From: Prorocentrum cordatum
Taxonomy: Eukaryota
Direction: 5' to 3'
DNA length: 64,000 bases
Assembly (NCBI GenBank): GCA_963575745.1
Contig: CAUYUJ010000037.1
Location: 310,001-374,000, forward strand
Shown here piece after piece: positions 1-14,690 of the stretch (the first letter of the stretch is position 1; every line of letters begins with the position of its first letter). The notes beneath the pieces are model-generated. The model was given only the letters and a program-made list of their open reading frames with translations. It was not told the DNA's origin and did no database searches. Both the position numbers and the translations under genes were made by a program.

Positions 1-3000
1 ATGCCTACGAGTAATGGTTGGTAACGGCTGTTTGTCGTTGCAGTTCAAGGTGCACGAGCGTGTGTTTAGTCGTGGAATGCGGAAGCCGTCGGAAGGCCAG
101 TTGAAACCCGCGGAAGCAAACAAACATTGCGTCCCCAAGAGATGGCAAGGTTTTTGTGGTTCATGGTTTCCAGAGCCGGCCACATACTTATCGGTTCTCA
201 GTGGCGTAATTCCCGTCATGTTAAAAGCGCGCTGCTCCGGGGCGAACGCATTGCAATATTGCCTCGTCGGCTTCCGCGGCACACGCGGCATTCTAACAAG
301 ATCGCGCAGGGCCCAATGTATCTTGCTTCATGTACATTATCACACCATGCACATTCTCATGCACATTCTTACACCATCGCGCAGGGCCCAAAGTATCCCG
401 CTTGAGTACACCATCACACCGTTCTCACACCATTAACTATCCCATGCAAAGTATCCCGCTTCACCAACATACTCAACTGAGCTACGCGCGGGGCGGCGCA
501 CGAAGTTCAAATTGGCTGTAGAGTTGGGCCTCATGGCAGCTGAGCCTCATGGCAGTCCTTCCTCATCTTCTCCTCGTCATCGTCGTCCTCCACGTCCTTC
601 CCTTCTGTGGAATGGACATGCAGGGTCAGAGGGCGGCAATGCTGACCAAGGAGCAAGTGTAATGGCCATGCCACGCACGAAACGGGGAGCATGAAACAAT
701 TGACGAACATGTGAATACAGGCGGCGGAGTGGAGGTGCAAGAGGAGTGGGAAGAGGAGGAGAGGCAGGAGGAGCAGCAGGAGTAGAAGGATGATGTCCAT
801 GAGAGGGGTCTGATGGTCCACCGTGGATGTTGGAGCGGGTCGCCTCAGTCTTGCGGCCCTCGAGGACTTTCAGAAGCTGCAGGACATGGTCTTGAAGCTG
901 CGCGACGAGGCCCCCTTCACCTGTTCCCGCCCTCCCTGCTCCCCCCCCCCCCCGCCCGTGGCGGATTATCCATTTTGCCCCTTTACCCTCTCTCTCTCTC
1001 TCTTATGGCTGTATCTCTATCTCGTTATGTTCCTCGTTCTCCCTCTCTCTCTCGAGGGGGTGGGGGGAGGGAAGGGCGAGGAAAGTCCCGCACGCCCCCA
1101 GCAACAGGGCCCGGGGAGGGACGGCTTGCGGCGGCCAAGGGGCGCGGAACCGCGGCTGGGGCCACTGCTGAAAGAAAGCCCCGCCGAACCAAGGCGTTCT
1201 ACGAGGGAAAGGGAGGAGGAAGGAGGATGTGAAGGGGCAGGAGGGCAGACCGCGAACACCATGCAGGGGCGGCCGGGCGCAGGGGAGGGGGGAAGGGGGG
1301 GATGGGAAGGCGGGGGGATCGGGGGGCGGTCGTCGCGCCGTCGCTGTGGCGGGCGTGGTCGTGTTGATTGTCGTCACGGCGGTAGTTTTTCGTGGCGGTT
1401 GTGGTCTTCGTCTTGGTCGTGGTCGCTGCGCCGCGTGCGGTGGTGGTTGTGGGCGTTGCGGCTGGCAGCGTTGGTCGTGGTAGTCATCTGCAGCGGAATT
1501 GGCCGCGCTGGTGATCGACTTGGTCGACGATCATGACATCACCCTGGCCGTTCACGATGCACTAAGCAGCATCTCAACGTTGCCGAGGGCCAGACAGCGG
1601 TGAATTTTCTTCCATGTGGAATTACTCCAGACCCTTCGGTCTCAGGCAAGTCCTGGCCATACGGGCTGACGAAGGCGACCTGTTCTTCCGCTGCGTCCTA
1701 CTTTGGTCTAGCTTGCATATCGGAGTCTTTCCCTGCCTACGTGGCTACTTTGGGTTGGCCGCGCTCTTGTCTATATCGCTGCAGCCTCTGGCATTGTGGT
1801 TCAGCCAACCTTGGCTCAACTCGTTTGAGATTACCTTCACATGGCTTGTCTTACCGAAGATGTGACGGGTGAGGAAGGTAGGGGCAGGGTGAAGAGAAGA
1901 CCTTGGACGGGGGAAGAGGATGATGATGAGGAGGAGGAGTAGCAGGATGAAAAGGATAAAAATGGTAGTGGGGACCATCCCAAGTCGCATTCCGGGTGGG
2001 CTCTTTGCGGCGTGAGGTGGCCACGGTGGAGCGCAATAGCGCACGATGCAGTGAGGAGAATGGACGATGGAGGAAGACGGGACGATGAAGACAGGCGGAG
2101 TCAAAGTAAGCAGCGTGGAATGGGGATTGCTCGCCATGATGTTGGGGAACCGCTTGTCACACCAATGGGCGCCGCTTACGGCATGTTCGCGCCGCGTCGG
2201 TGGCGAAGTTCAAGGTTGGACGCCGCCAGAGGCCTGGCTCGGCCGATATCGAACGATCTGCGTTATGGGAAAGTCTCGACTGGTCAAGATTGAACTAACC
2301 ACGCGGTGTCAGAAACCAACGCGCTCGTCGTCACCACATGAACCTGCCGTGCCTCGGCACTGAAGGGCAATACATATAATTTTTGGATATGCGTATGGTA
2401 AGGGTGTGGAAGAGCACGATCATGGTACGAAGATGGTTAAAGTGTTTCTGATGGTGGCGATGATGATGGGGATGATCATAATGGTGGTGATGATGATAGT
2501 GAAAATCATTACTGACGCAAGGGGCCAACGATCTGGGTTCAAATGGTTCCATTGCAGGCGACGCAGGGTCCGTGGAGGACCCCAATCGGAAACTGGAACA
2601 TACACACTACCAGTGGCGGGCGATTGCTCAATCCCAGGACTTTTTGAGGGTCGGGGACGACGTCGGGGTGGTGTGGTGTATACTTTTTTCCCGTTTCCCA
2701 GGGAACAACGAGAAATGTATACACCAGGATCCGCGTTCCTGTGCGAATTTCAGCGCAGGGTCGGAAAAAGCGTCGGTGTATAGGGTTCGTTTCCCTACCC
2801 AAGATAGCCAGAGGGAGGCCCAAGCAACCGCAAGATGACGCGACAGCGCCTCGAGACGTCCCAAGACTGCTCCAAGACAGGCTCCAGGAGGGCACGACGG
2901 GCTCCCCGCCCCCCCCGTGGCGGGTGCGGCTTCGGGCTCCCAAACCCAACCTGTGCGCCCCGGTTTCGCTTGCGGGCCCACGCGGGCCTTCTTGAGTCGT

Positions 3001-3429
3001 GCTCCCTGGCTGCGGCTGCGGGCGCCCCCTTGCAGGGGGTGGGCCCACGCGTGCTCCCCCACCGCGGCTGCGGCTGCGGGCGCGGGCGCCCGCGGCCGGC
3101 CCCGGAGGTGTTCGGTGGAGGCTCCGGTCGCCCACGGTGGTGGGTGCGGGTTGCGGGCGCGGGCGGGCGGCTCCAGATGTGCTCCCCGGCTGCGGGTGCG
3201 GCTGCGGGCGCGGGCGCCCGGGGGCGGCTCCAGCCGGGTTACCCGATGGCGGTTGCGGTGGCGGGCGCCCGCGGGCAGCCGAAAGTGTGCTCCCCAGGTT
3301 CGGTTGCGGTTGCGGGCGCCCGCGGTCAGCCGAAAAGGTGTCCCCAAGAGCTGTCGGTTGACGTCAGCCGGTCAGTCGTCCAGCGGTGGCCAGCACGGGA
3401 GTTCACCCAGCGCAGCAGGGAATGAAAGG

Positions 3430-4449
3430 GAAGGGAGGAGGTGGATGAGGCAGGACGGATGACGGACGGGGGGAGAGGGGGGATGAGGGAGGAGAGAGGA
3501 AGGACCAGGAGGAGGGAGGAGGGAGGATGGATAAACCAGGATGACTTTGGAAGCAATTTGGCAGTGAGTTGTACAACGACGCGTTGCGAAGGGAAGGAGT
3601 ACTTGGTGATGGTGTTGAGGATGATGTTGATGATGGTGTTGAGTATGCTGATCATGGTGCTGGTGAGGATGACGACGATGACGATCCCAATGACGATGAC
3701 GATAGCGAAGCTGTTGATTGTGATGATGGTGATGATGATGATACTGTTGATAAGAATAGTGATGTTCTGAGGATGATTGGAACGATGGGGAGAAACAAGA
3801 CAGGGAAAATAAGGCGGATGGAGGGGGAGCAGCATGAGCAGTACCAGGATGGAGGAGGAGGAGGAGGAGGAGGAGGAGGAGGAGGAGGAGGAAGGGGAGG
3901 AGGGTGAGGGGAACAGGCAGCAGGACAAGTATGTAAAGCATGATGATGAGGAGGATGAAGAGGAGGAAAGGAGGAGGAGGAGGAGGAGGAGGCGGAGAAG
4001 GAGGAGGAGGAGGAAGAGGAAGAGGACCAGGCGAGCAGGAGGAGAAGGAGGAGGAGGAGGAGGAGGGGAGGAGGGGAGGAGGAGGAGGAGGAGGAGGAGG
4101 AGTAGGAGGAGGAGGAGGAGGAGGAGGGAGGAGGAGGAGGAGGAGGAGGAGGAGGAGGAGGAGGAGGAGGAAGAGGAGGAGGAGGAGCGGCGGCAGCAGA
4201 TATGGGCGCCGCCCGCAAGAGGAGCACGCCGAGCAGCCGGGCGCCGGCGAGGCCCGCAACTTCTTCCAGACCCTCGTGCAGCAGAGCAGGGAGCGGCGCG
4301 AGCAAGAGGCCAGGGCGCGAGGTAGGAGGAGGAGGAGGCGGAGGAGGAGGAGGCGGAGGAGGAGGCGGAGGAGGAGGAGGAGAAGGACGAGGAGGAGGAG
4401 GAGGAAGAAGAACACGAGCGAGGAGTACGAGGAGGACGAGGAGGCGGCA

Positions 4450-4482
<33 letters not shown>

Positions 4483-4555
4483 GGAGGAGGAGGCGGAGGA
4501 GGAGGAGGAGAAGAGAAGAGGCGGAAGGGAGGAGGAGGACGACGACGAGGATTGA
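3430..4555. repeat. (GGA)n/(GAT)n simple-repeat region; similar tracts at 5740-5905, 6310-6480, 12910-13080, 16544-16638, 21750-21792, 63200-63250
   Basis: Direct inspection. Confidence 0.95.
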
Positions 4556-6929
4556 CTTCCGTCCCAATTGAGTTTTGAGAGCCCCTTGCCATGTCTGCGT
4601 TTCTGCGGGCCTCTCCGGCGTCAGGGCGACGACAATGACGTCGAAACGACGGCATTCTGTTCAAACATAGCCAAGCGTCAGGTTTGAACACTCCAGCGCC
4701 ACTTCCGCTCGCCACTGGACATCACCGCGCCATGAAGGAAGCGGTCCTGAGGGAAACGGGTCTTGAGGCGTTCCGCCGTTTTCGGGGCTCCCCGGGCCCT
4801 CCCCTGGCCCCCGGACCGCCACACATCGAGCCGGGATGAAGAGCTGCTCCTAGGGGAAAGCCCCAGGGTCCAGGACCCGCTTCTCTAGGACCTGTTTCAC
4901 ACGCGCTGCGTGAGAAAGAGGCCAGGGCGCAAGCGACGCTTCCGACCGCCACTGGAGTTCACCGCTCCGACGTCTCGATCGTTTCGAGGCGTGGCCTCCC
5001 CCGTGGGACCTCCCATGGGTCGGCTCGGGGCCGCCAAGATGTATCAGAGATGCTGGAAGACAGTCACGTCCCAAGTCCCCTCCTCTTTCGCCCCTGATTG
5101 CAAGCATTATGTTTCGCAGCGGAACTTGCCAGCCTTGAACAACTAACGCCCCATAGACCGCAATTCAGTCGGGATCTACATGTTTGAAGAGATTACCCTT
5201 GATATGTCGAGCTTTGAGGAATAACGCACAGATGGGGTGATGGGGCTACAAAGTTACACGAAATGCCCAGCGACAACCACGCTTCGAAAAGGCACTGGCC
5301 TCAATGCGTGTATACGTTGCACAGCCTTGTATGTGTGACTGTAGTTATGAACGATGCGCCAAGCGAGAGCCACACGGTGAAAATGCACCGCCCCCCCATC
5401 CGTGCAACTGATGCACAATGTGTTTTTTTCATGTGTGGTAATCTAACTGTTTAGTTCTCGGGCGATGTCCCTCTCTTGAGCAGAGGCTGCTTTCCATCCG
5501 CGTGGCCGTGGCAGTCGTCGAGGCGGGTGCTCGCGGCGCCCAGGGAGGGACCCCCACTACGAAACAGCTCGCCTTCCATCCGTGTCACCGTTGGGCTGTT
5601 TCAGGGCATCGGTGCGCGGCGCCAGGGCGAGCGCCCCATGTTGCGAGGACCACCCGCCCCCCATTCGTGCAGACGTGAGGCATACCAGGCGTCAAACCCG
5701 TAGGTGGTGAGGAAGTCTCGGGCGAAACGAAAAAAAATGAGGAGGGAGGAAGAGGGATCGAGGAGGGAAGAGGTGAAGGGGAGGAGGAGCAGGAGGAGGA
5801 GGGATAAGATCAGGGAGGAGGAGGAGGAGGAGGAGGAGGAGGAGGAGGAGGAGGAGGAGGAGGGAGGATCAGGTGGCGGCGGCGGAGGAGGAGGAGGAGG
5901 AGGGAGAAGCTGCGGAATGACAGGCGTTCTGCCGCCCAGGCTCTGGCAGGGTACCAGCCTCTTTCTCCAGGAACCTTCGCCAGCGACTCCCGTGACTCCC
6001 CCAGCTGCGCCGAGCTCTCAACCGCGACTGGGTCAGCTCGGCTCTTCCAGCCTCTGCTTGTGGCCCCGAACTCGGAGGGCGAAAAGAGCTCAGAGAGCTT
6101 CTCGGAAGGCTGGAGGCCCTCTTAGGTGATCTTGAGGCAATCTTGGATGCCTCGTTGGCCATCCTGGGCCCTCAAAAGGCCTTTCTGAAGTAAACTGTAG
6201 AACCAGTCAGCCCATCCAGGAACGATGCCCATGCGAGTTGACTTGACCAGGGATGTGGAGGAGCATGCAGTGGACTATCGGGCTGGGGAAGCTGTCATAC
6301 CCCCCCAGGGGGAGGATGGAGGAGGAATCGAAGGAGGAGGAGGAGGAGGAGGAGGAGGAGGAGGAGGAGGGGGAGCGAGAGGGAGAGGGGGAGGGGGAAA
6401 CGGTAGCAGGGAGGTGGTGGAGGAGGAGGAGGAGGAGAAACAGGCGGAGGAGGAGGAGGAGGAGGAGGAGGAGTAGGAAGAGGCCGATCAGAATGCCTCT
6501 TGGAGTCTCTTCCGATGTCTCTTGCGAGCGTCGTGGGGTCTTCTTGGAGCATCTTGGGTGCCTCTTGGTGGTCCTTGGGGCCTCTGAGAGCGTCTTGGGA
6601 GCCTCGGGGTAGCCTCTTGGGGCCTCTTCGGGGTCCCTTCGGAGCCTGTTGGGGCCTCTGGGGCCTCTCCGGCGCCTCGCGGGGCCCTCGTGGGGCGCTC
6701 TTGGGAACCTTGGGGGCCATCTTGCGGCCATCTTGGAGCAGTTTGATCAAAGAAGGGGGGTATTAATCACGTTCCCCCGCAGAGGCCAAACTGTGCCAAA
6801 CACCTAAGTCAAATCAATGACTTGTGCCTTCTCGCCAAGGCCTTCTTGGACGCTCCAAAATGTCGAGACACCCCACCGTTCAGGTCCAGGGGTAGGGGGT
6901 ATGGGGAAGGGTAAACAACACCATTGTGA

Positions 6930-8210
6930 GGGGGCTCCCGCTCGAGACTGACTGTCCTCGCGATTCACTCACACACGAATCTCCCTTCAAGCCCAGGAAG
7001 CCAAACAGTGATGATCAGGAGAAGATTCCCGCTCGAGAACTCCTCGCGATTCACTCATAGACTGAGGCTCCCGCTCGAGACTTCCTTCAGATTTCGGCTC
7101 GAGGAGCCCACACGGGGTGACAGTTGGTAACACAAAGTGTGGAGCGGGGGGGGGCTCCCGCCCGAGACTTCCTCGCGATTCTGTCACAGACGAGGCTCCC
7201 ACTCAAGACTTCCTCCACATTCATGCCAGCAAAGCCCAACAGTGAAGACAGCTACAGGTTTCGGATGACCCGCTCGGACTGGTAACATGAAGTGGGGTCC
7301 CCATAGGGCGGGGGGCGCCTGCTCGAGACGTCCTCGCGATACACACACAGACGAGGCTCCTGCTCCATAGCTTATCAGGGTGACTGTCTGAGCATCTGAG
7401 TGTGTGAGGGGGTGTCAGTGTGATGATGGTAACAAATCATCCTGATGGGATGATGGGATGACAGTGGTGATGGTGACAGCGTGATGGTGATGCTGCGTGT
7501 GAACGGTGAAACAAGGGAGGGGGGCGCTGAGAGGGGGGTGTGGGGTGTGATGGCTGCGCGGGGCGCCCAGAGAGAGCAATAATCCCATTGAGGATGTGGG
7601 TAAAGCAATATGAAACGACCAACAAACACGAACCAACGGTTTTCGAGACCCCAGGCGGGGGAGGGAGGGGCAGAGTAACATGAGGAGGGGGCGCCCGCTC
7701 GAGACTTCCTCGCTATTCACTCACAAGCGAGGCTCCCGCTCGAGACATCCTCACGATCTGCCCCTGAGGGTGCTCAAGTGCTTTGCTTGCTACAGTACGC
7801 CCGTTACGGGCTCGGATTGGTAGCATGAAGTGCGGGCCCCCATAGGGGAGCTCCCGCTCGAGATTTCCTCGCGATTCACTCACAGACGAAGCCCCCGCTC
7901 GAGAAATCCTCACGATTTGCCCTCGTGGGGTGCTCAAGTGCGATGCCTGCTGCAGTAGGTCAGCAGCCCGCTCGGATTAATGACATGAGGAGGGGGCACC
8001 CGCTCGAGACTTTCCCACTATTCACTCACAAACTACCGCTTTAGACATCCTCACGATCTGCCCCCTTGGGGTGATCAAGTGCTATGCTTGCTACAGCACG
8101 CCGATGACCCACTCGGATTAGTAACATGAGCTGCGGGTCCCATAGGGAGGGGCTCAAACTCGAATTCCCCTCGCGATTCACTCACAGACGAGGCTTCCGC
8201 TCGAGACGAT
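6930..8210 (+). repeat. Degenerate tandem repeat array (CTCCCGCTCGAGACTTCCTCGCGATTCACTCACAGACGAGG core)
   Basis: Core recurs more than 10 times with a larger ~160-bp period. Confidence 0.75.
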
Positions 8211-8408
8211 GATCGATGATTCTTATGATCAGTATGATGACGATGCTTGATGGTCAGGTTGACGGCGAGAGTGAAGAAATGGTGTGGTGATGATGGTGGT
8301 CGATGATCATGATGGGATGGTGGTCGTGATGATGAGGAGGATGCTGCTGCTGATGATGACGATGGTACTCATGCTGATGGTGCTGATGATGTTGATGATG
8401 ATGGTGAC

Positions 8409-8442
<34 letters not shown>

Positions 8443-8623
8443 CTGATGATGATGATGATGATGATGATGATGCTGATGCTGATGGTGCTGATTATACTGA
8501 TAATGGTGATGATGATGATGTTGATAAAGATGACGATGATGACGATGATGCTGATGATGATGTTGATGCTGCAGCTGCTGCTGCTGCTGCTGACGACGAC
8601 GATGATGATGATGATGCTGATGG

Positions 8624-8676
<53 letters not shown>

Positions 8677-8683
8677 CTGATTC

Positions 8684-8753
<70 letters not shown>

Positions 8754-8755
8754 CA
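8205..8755. repeat. (GAT)n microsatellite; another at 25940-26355
   Basis: Direct inspection. Confidence 0.95.
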
Positions 8756-9239
8756 GGTGATCTTGATGAGGTGATCTTGATGGTGAGCCTGATACGGGGG
8801 AGGAAAAGAGAGGGTGAGGCGCTCTTTCCTGCGTGGGGGCATCCAGAAAAAAACAAGAAGCCCGCTTGGGATGTGGAGCAAACCTCCGCCTCGATGTTTC
8901 GAGACTGGATGCCCAGGTAATTTCAGCCCGTCCCACCCCTCGTGTTGCCCCGCGGCCTTCTCCCGAGGCCGCCCAACCTCCCCGCGGCACGCCCTGGGCG
9001 CGCCCCCCCCTCTGCGCCTTGCCACCCGCAGGCCGAGCAGCAAGAGGCGCCTGGCACCTCCGAGGAGACGGCGGCCTCGCTGGGGGGAGGGGGGGAAGCA
9101 GGGGGGTCCACGCGAGGTACCGCCTGCAGGCCACAGATCTTGCGCATCAGGTCCGAGGCAGCAGGAAGGCGGTGGTTCAGTTGGCTGCGCAGTCTGCCGT
9201 CCGCGCTCAGCCGTGGGCCCGGAAGCAAGGCGAGTAGAG

Positions 9240-11282
9240 ATGTCAGTGAAGTCCGGGATCCTTGCCAGCAGTTCTCAGCTAGCCCCTGAGGTGCTAGGGA
9301 AGCTCAAGGAGGCTGGGGTGAGCATTCAGCAGTCCCAGGTGGTTCGAGACTTGGGAGTCGATTCCAGCCTCACCCGGCGCAGGACTCAGACCACCCAGGA
9401 ACGAATAGGCCAGGTGAGGACAGCCAGGATCAGGCAGTTCCAGGCAGCGAATGCAGCAGCAAAGAAACTAATTTCGACGGGGTTGCGACCACAGCTATGC
9501 CGGGAACGGGGACACCTGGCCAAAGCGGTGGCCCCAACCCGGGTACAGCCACTGTGTCGCTCTATGATTGGTGTTTCGGAAGGCCAGCGCCTTGGAGGGT
9601 GCACCAGCACAGCGTTCAGATTGGCGTTTTCACACTTTGCCGACCCCATAGTTTTCCTCCGACCTGAACTGTTCAAGATGTCGGGGGCAGTATCGCCAGC
9701 TCTAAGGGAGCAGGAGGAAGCTGTTAAGAAAACATGGACTTTCTGGCAGGCCACACTGGATGCAGCGCGATATTCTTAGAGCCTCGTCGTAGGCCCCATC
9801 GAAGGCCATCATTCACACTTTGAGGGATCTTGGTTGGAACCCCGAGATCCTCTACAGGTGGAGAGGCAACGACGACAAAGAGTACCAGCTCGAAGGGGAC
9901 CGGGTGGACGCGCAGTTGCATATAGTGCAGTTCAACGTTGAGGCGTCAGCAGAGGCAGAGGTGTGGAGGAGGGCAGCGTAGCACGAGGCAGGAGGAGGAC
10001 TTGCGTAGGTCTTTGATGTCACCGTGATTGAGTCACACCTACGCTTGCGACGTCGCGAAGGCCAGTACGGCTATGCCGCTGTCTTGGACTTTCTTGCACG
10101 AGGATCATTCTGGCCAGAAGCTCGTCGATATCCTAAGAAGGATCGGAGGATGAGCAACTCTGCCCGCGGTGTCAGGAGGCCCCAGAAACTCTCAAACGCC
10201 AGTGTTGTGGTTGTCGATGTATTTGGGATGTTGAGGGATGGGCCCCACGGGGCGACCTTTTGCAGTCCAGGTTCGCGCGGAGGTAACCCAGTGTTTGTGC
10301 TTCGGGGAAGCGAATGCGCACCCAGCGCAGGAACGATTTCCAGAGGCAAGGTCGCTTTCAGGACTGCGAGGTTCTTAACTTCAGCCTAATCGACCCAGGC
10401 CGCGCCTTCACGGGGGCAACAGACGCGTCGGGGGGCGAGTGCTCAGCCAGGTGTCCGCCTCCGGCGTGTGGGCATTGGCGGGGTTGTCAGCCAGGAGCAC
10501 CAAGTCATAGGGGTCCTTCTCAGGCATCCTGGAAGGACAGAAGCAAACATTACCGCGAAGAGAGCTGATGGCACGTGTGCGCATGGCAGAATGCAGTGCG
10601 TGGAACCGCGTTGTTTTTGTGGGTTCCAAGTATGTGGTCAAGAGGTTCCTCAACGGCCCTGCAGCCTGTAACCCGTCGCGCGCAGACCTGTGGCGGAGTC
10701 TTTGGACTAGGCTAGCGGAGCGCATGGGGATCTGAATGTGAAGTCCCACCAACACTTGCACGAAGTAGACACTACTGCAGAAGGGTTCCTTGCGTACCGT
10801 GTGAACGCTCCTGCGGACGAGGACGAGGCGGCCGAGAATGGTGCACAGATAGCCCAACTACTTTTTTGGCAGTCCAGATGACGATCCGGTATGCCGATGA
10901 ATGGGCCTGGAGGTTCAGAAGTTGTAGCTGCATGTCGGCATGCACGTCGTAACACAGCACTCGGAGCTGTTGGGGCCTTGCCTCAGCCGCCCCACGGCGT
11001 TTGACCCTTCGCACGACCTCCAGCTGCACCGAGGGTTGTGGTTGTGTAGGTTTTGCGGAGTGCGGGCAGCGGCCTAAGCTGGAAAGCTCGGCGGTCGCTG
11101 CCGCAAAGAAGCGGGCAAAGAGGGCAAGGTGGCTTTGCAGCGAATGCGAAACGACCAACTTCCTATGGGATGCAGTGGTTGGCCAAATCGGGCAGGAAAC
11201 GACCAGTCAGGTCTGGACAGCATTAGTGACATCTCCCAAGCCCGCCTGGCCAAACAATAGGGCAGAAGGTGGAGCCTCCTAA
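9240..11282 (+). mobile_element. 5'-truncated degenerate non-LTR retrotransposon remnant with RNase H domain
   Basis: VRDLGVD (end of RT); RNase H-like TDASGG, GIGGV, QT.PRRELMA, ADLW, VKSH, N.PADE across shifting frames; Cys-rich tail. Confidence 0.6.
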
Positions 11283-11514
11283 GGAACGATGGCGCTAGCT
11301 CATGCAGCCGAAACGGACAGCGAAAGCGAGGAAGGCGGGCCTGTCTTCTTCTTCGCAGCTGCTGCTTATCCGCAGCAGCACCGTCCGTAGACGTTTGTAT
11401 CAGGTTTGTTCCCGGCGGAGCCGGGTGACCTTCCGTGCTCGCCGGTGACTGATTGATTGACTGACTGATTGACTGACTGATTGACTGACTGAATGTCAGG
11501 AGGGCACCTTGAAC

Positions 11515-12460
11515 GACACATTTCAAACCGCCCGCGGGCGCGCAACCGCAACTGGGCGACACATTTCGACCCGTCCGCGGGCGCGCAACCGCCACCGCTA
11601 CTGGGCGACACATTTCAACCCGCCCGCGGGCGCGCAACCACAACCGCACCTGGGCGGCACATTCCGACCCGCCCGCTGGCGCGCAACCGCAACTGGGCGA
11701 CACATTTCAAACCGCCCGCGGGCGCGCAACCGCAACCGCACCTGGGCGACACATTTCAAACCGCCCGCGGGCGCGCAACCGCAACCGCAACTGGGCGACA
11801 CACGTCACAGCGCCCGCGGACGCGCAAGCCCAACTGGGCGACACATTTCAATCCGCCCGCGGGTGCGCAACCGCAGCCGCAACTGGGCGCCACATTTCAA
11901 GCCGCCCGCGGGCGCGCAACAGCAACCGCAACTGGGCGACACATTTCAACCCGCCTGCGGGCGCACAGCCGCTATATACTGGGCGACACATTTCGACCCG
12001 CCCGCTGGCGCGCAACCGCAATTGGGCGACACATTTCAACTTGCCCGCGGGCGCGCGACCGCCACCGCAACTTGGCGACACATTTCAACCCGCCCGCGGG
12101 CGCGCAACCGCAACCGCAATTAGGCGACACATTTCAAGCCGCCCTCGGGCGCGCAACCGCAACCGCACCTGAGCGACACATTTCAACCCGCCCGCTGGCG
12201 CGCAACTGCAACCGCTACTGGGCGACACATTTCAACCCGCCCGCGGGCGCGCAACCGCAACCGCAACTGGGCGACACATTTCAACCCGCCCGCGGACGCG
12301 CAAGCCCAACTGGGCGACACATTTCAATCCGCCCGATGGTGCGCAACCGCAGCCGCAACTGGGCGACACATTTCAACCCGCCCGCGGGCGCGCAACCGCA
12401 ATCCCAATTGGGCGACAAATTTCAACCCGCCCGCGGGCGCACAACTGCAACCGCACCGTT
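11515..12460 (+). repeat. Tandem minisatellite, ~45-51-bp unit CTGGGCGACACATTTCAACCCGCCCGCGGGCGCGCAACCGCAACCGCAA; related inverted array at ~2950-3350
   Basis: Direct inspection; roughly 19 units. Confidence 0.85.
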
Positions 12461-14494
12461 CACCTGGCGTCCTCCAGGGGATCTGAGGCGGAGGAAGGGT
12501 GGGAGGGAGGGGGGAGGGAGGGGGGAGGGAGAAGGGAGGCGGGAAGGAGGAGGAAGTAGGGGGGGAGAAGGGACGGAGGGAGGGTAGAGAGCTCACAATG
12601 ATTGGGGGCGGACAACTTCTGCCCCCCCCGTTCCACGCAAGTGGATTTCCACAGGGCTCCAGACCCTGGGTGCCTTATCCAAGGCCTCCACGGTCTGCTA
12701 GCGGGATGGGTGGGTTAACCTGCCCCGAAGGGGGGAAACGAGGCTTTGACACAATCGGCCCGTTGCACCGCCTAGTTTGGAGTTGGGGGTCGATGCCGCG
12801 GGGATCGATTGTGCGTTCACCCGCGCGCAAGCTGCACGCGGATGTCGTTGCATCGGCGCCGCCTTATTCATGCAGCCTGCCGCGTCTTATCCATGATCTG
12901 GTGCAGGAGCAAGTGGAGGAGGAGGGGGAGGAGGACGAGGAGGAGGCAAAGGAGGAGGAGGAGGAACAGCAGGACGATGAGGAGAATGATGAGGAGGAGG
13001 ACGAGCAGCAGGACGAAGAGGGGGAGGAGGAGGAGGAGGACTAGGATGGCCAGGAGGAGGAGGAGGAGGAGGAGGACGATGGGGAGGGGGATGCCAGGGT
13101 GGTGCTGCTTGGGAAGGTGCACGAGCAGGTGCTTGTTGCGGAGGACTGAGGAGGATAAGGTGGTGGACGTCAAGGAGGATGGAGGTGGATGTCTTCCTCG
13201 CGGCCTCTGGGCGCGACCCGCGGTTCTCCGCCGGGACATTGCAGCGGGGAATCCCCATTCCACGCTGCCTCTGATTTATGTCGTGCGCACGCGGTGCGAG
13301 CAAGCGCGCGACAGCGCCATGCACATGACGGTCCAGGGCATGAACATGTGTCATTCGGTTTGATATCTCGCTCCATATTGGAGGGAAAAGCAGCGAGGAA
13401 GAAGGCCCTGATCTCGGACTCGCCGTGCTGCGTGCGATGCCGCAGAATATTGCGACAATGCCCGCCCTACTTTGCAAGCTCCTTTGGTGTCGATCTCCGC
13501 CCTGCTTTGCCGTCGCTGTTTCCGCAGCGCCTTTGCGGAAATATCCTCGCTTCTTTCCCTGAGGCGCAATTCCCGCCCCACTGTTCCCCATCTCTCGGGG
13601 TTCATTCTGACACATTGCACGAACGTGGCAATAGACGGAAGAGGGTGGGAAGGTGGCAGAAACCCCGGTGCATGGGGGGTGGGGTTGTCGTGCCTCCCCC
13701 CCCCGTCCACGGCGCCCATAAAGGACGACTTCGGACGACGACGAGCCGGTCGTCGTCGTCGTTGGCCGGCGCGAGGGGGGGGACCCCTTTCCCCTCCCAG
13801 CACCAAAGGGTAGGTGAGGGCCACGGGAGAATTAGGGGGGGGCTGTGTGGGGGGGGGGGGAAGGGAAGGAGTCCCGACATCGAGAGACGCTTCTCCGCCT
13901 TCCAAAACATGCTAAGAATTTCACTGCTGCATCGGGTCTGAGAAAACACATTGCCATGGGCACGCGGTGTCGTGATGCAAGTGGTCAGCGCGTGCGCTCT
14001 CGCAGATGCGCGTACGTCGTGGCATGGAGCACTTCCTCCCTTGATACCCCCCTCTTCCACATCCCCAAGCTTCGCACAGCCAGGAGGATCATGTCCCTCC
14101 TGCGATTGCTCGTGATCTGTCTTTCATATGGGTTGCCAAAAAAGTGGGCACAATTTCCGTCCACCGTCGCAGTCAGCGCCACTGGATCATGACTTCTAGG
14201 AGGCGGAGGGGGAGACGCAGCCAGATCGGACGTAATTCAGTAGTGGGCCACGTTGATCGTCCGTGAAGATGGCGAGGGACCAGCGCTTTCCATTACTCGA
14301 TGGCGGACGAATGTGACGGTCGTCCACTTCACATGTTGTTTCCCCGCGGATGTTGTGCGAACGCCAAGCTAGCAGCGCGCGCAGAGTTGTGGACAGGAGG
14401 CCAAGCTGCACCACAAGCGTCTCAAGATGCACGACCAGGTCTTGGAGCTGTGGCAGCACTAGCGGCGCTTGCATCCGAATGGGACAGTCTACAT

Positions 14495-14690
14495 TCGAAG
14501 AGGACAAATAACAACATAAACATTCGGAACTCCGTGCGGATTTCTTGCATCGGCGCTGCGCCCCTTTGGCGGCGCCTCTGGCACTGCCCCTGGTGCGCTC
14601 CTCGAGCCAGAGAGGGTGGTACAGCACCGATCCAAGACATCCGCGCGGACCTCCGACAGTTTATGCTTATGCAGTTTTTTGGCATATCTC
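14495..14690. mobile_element. Family-A palindromic MITE copy (intergenic)
   Basis: Arms CGGAACTCCGTGCGGATTTCTTGCATCGGCGCTG / CAGCACCGATCCAAGACATCCGCGCGGACCTCCG; flanks TACAT/TCCAT. Confidence 0.75.

Noticed and set aside
1803..1820. SL-like GCCAACCTTGGCTCAAC (also GCCGAGATTCAAG near 28477)
   Set aside because: Too degenerate to distinguish from chance.
3326..4715. Long ORFs on both strands (poly-E/G/R/S/L/P)
   Set aside because: Translations of (GGA)n microsatellite.
8254..9134. Poly-His/Met/Ile ORFs (also 25706-26651)
   Set aside because: (GAT)n repeat artefacts.
11515..12460. Regular repeats resembling a CRISPR array, or a 364-aa repeat protein
   Set aside because: No unique spacers, units are tandem and degenerate, no cas genes, eukaryotic context.
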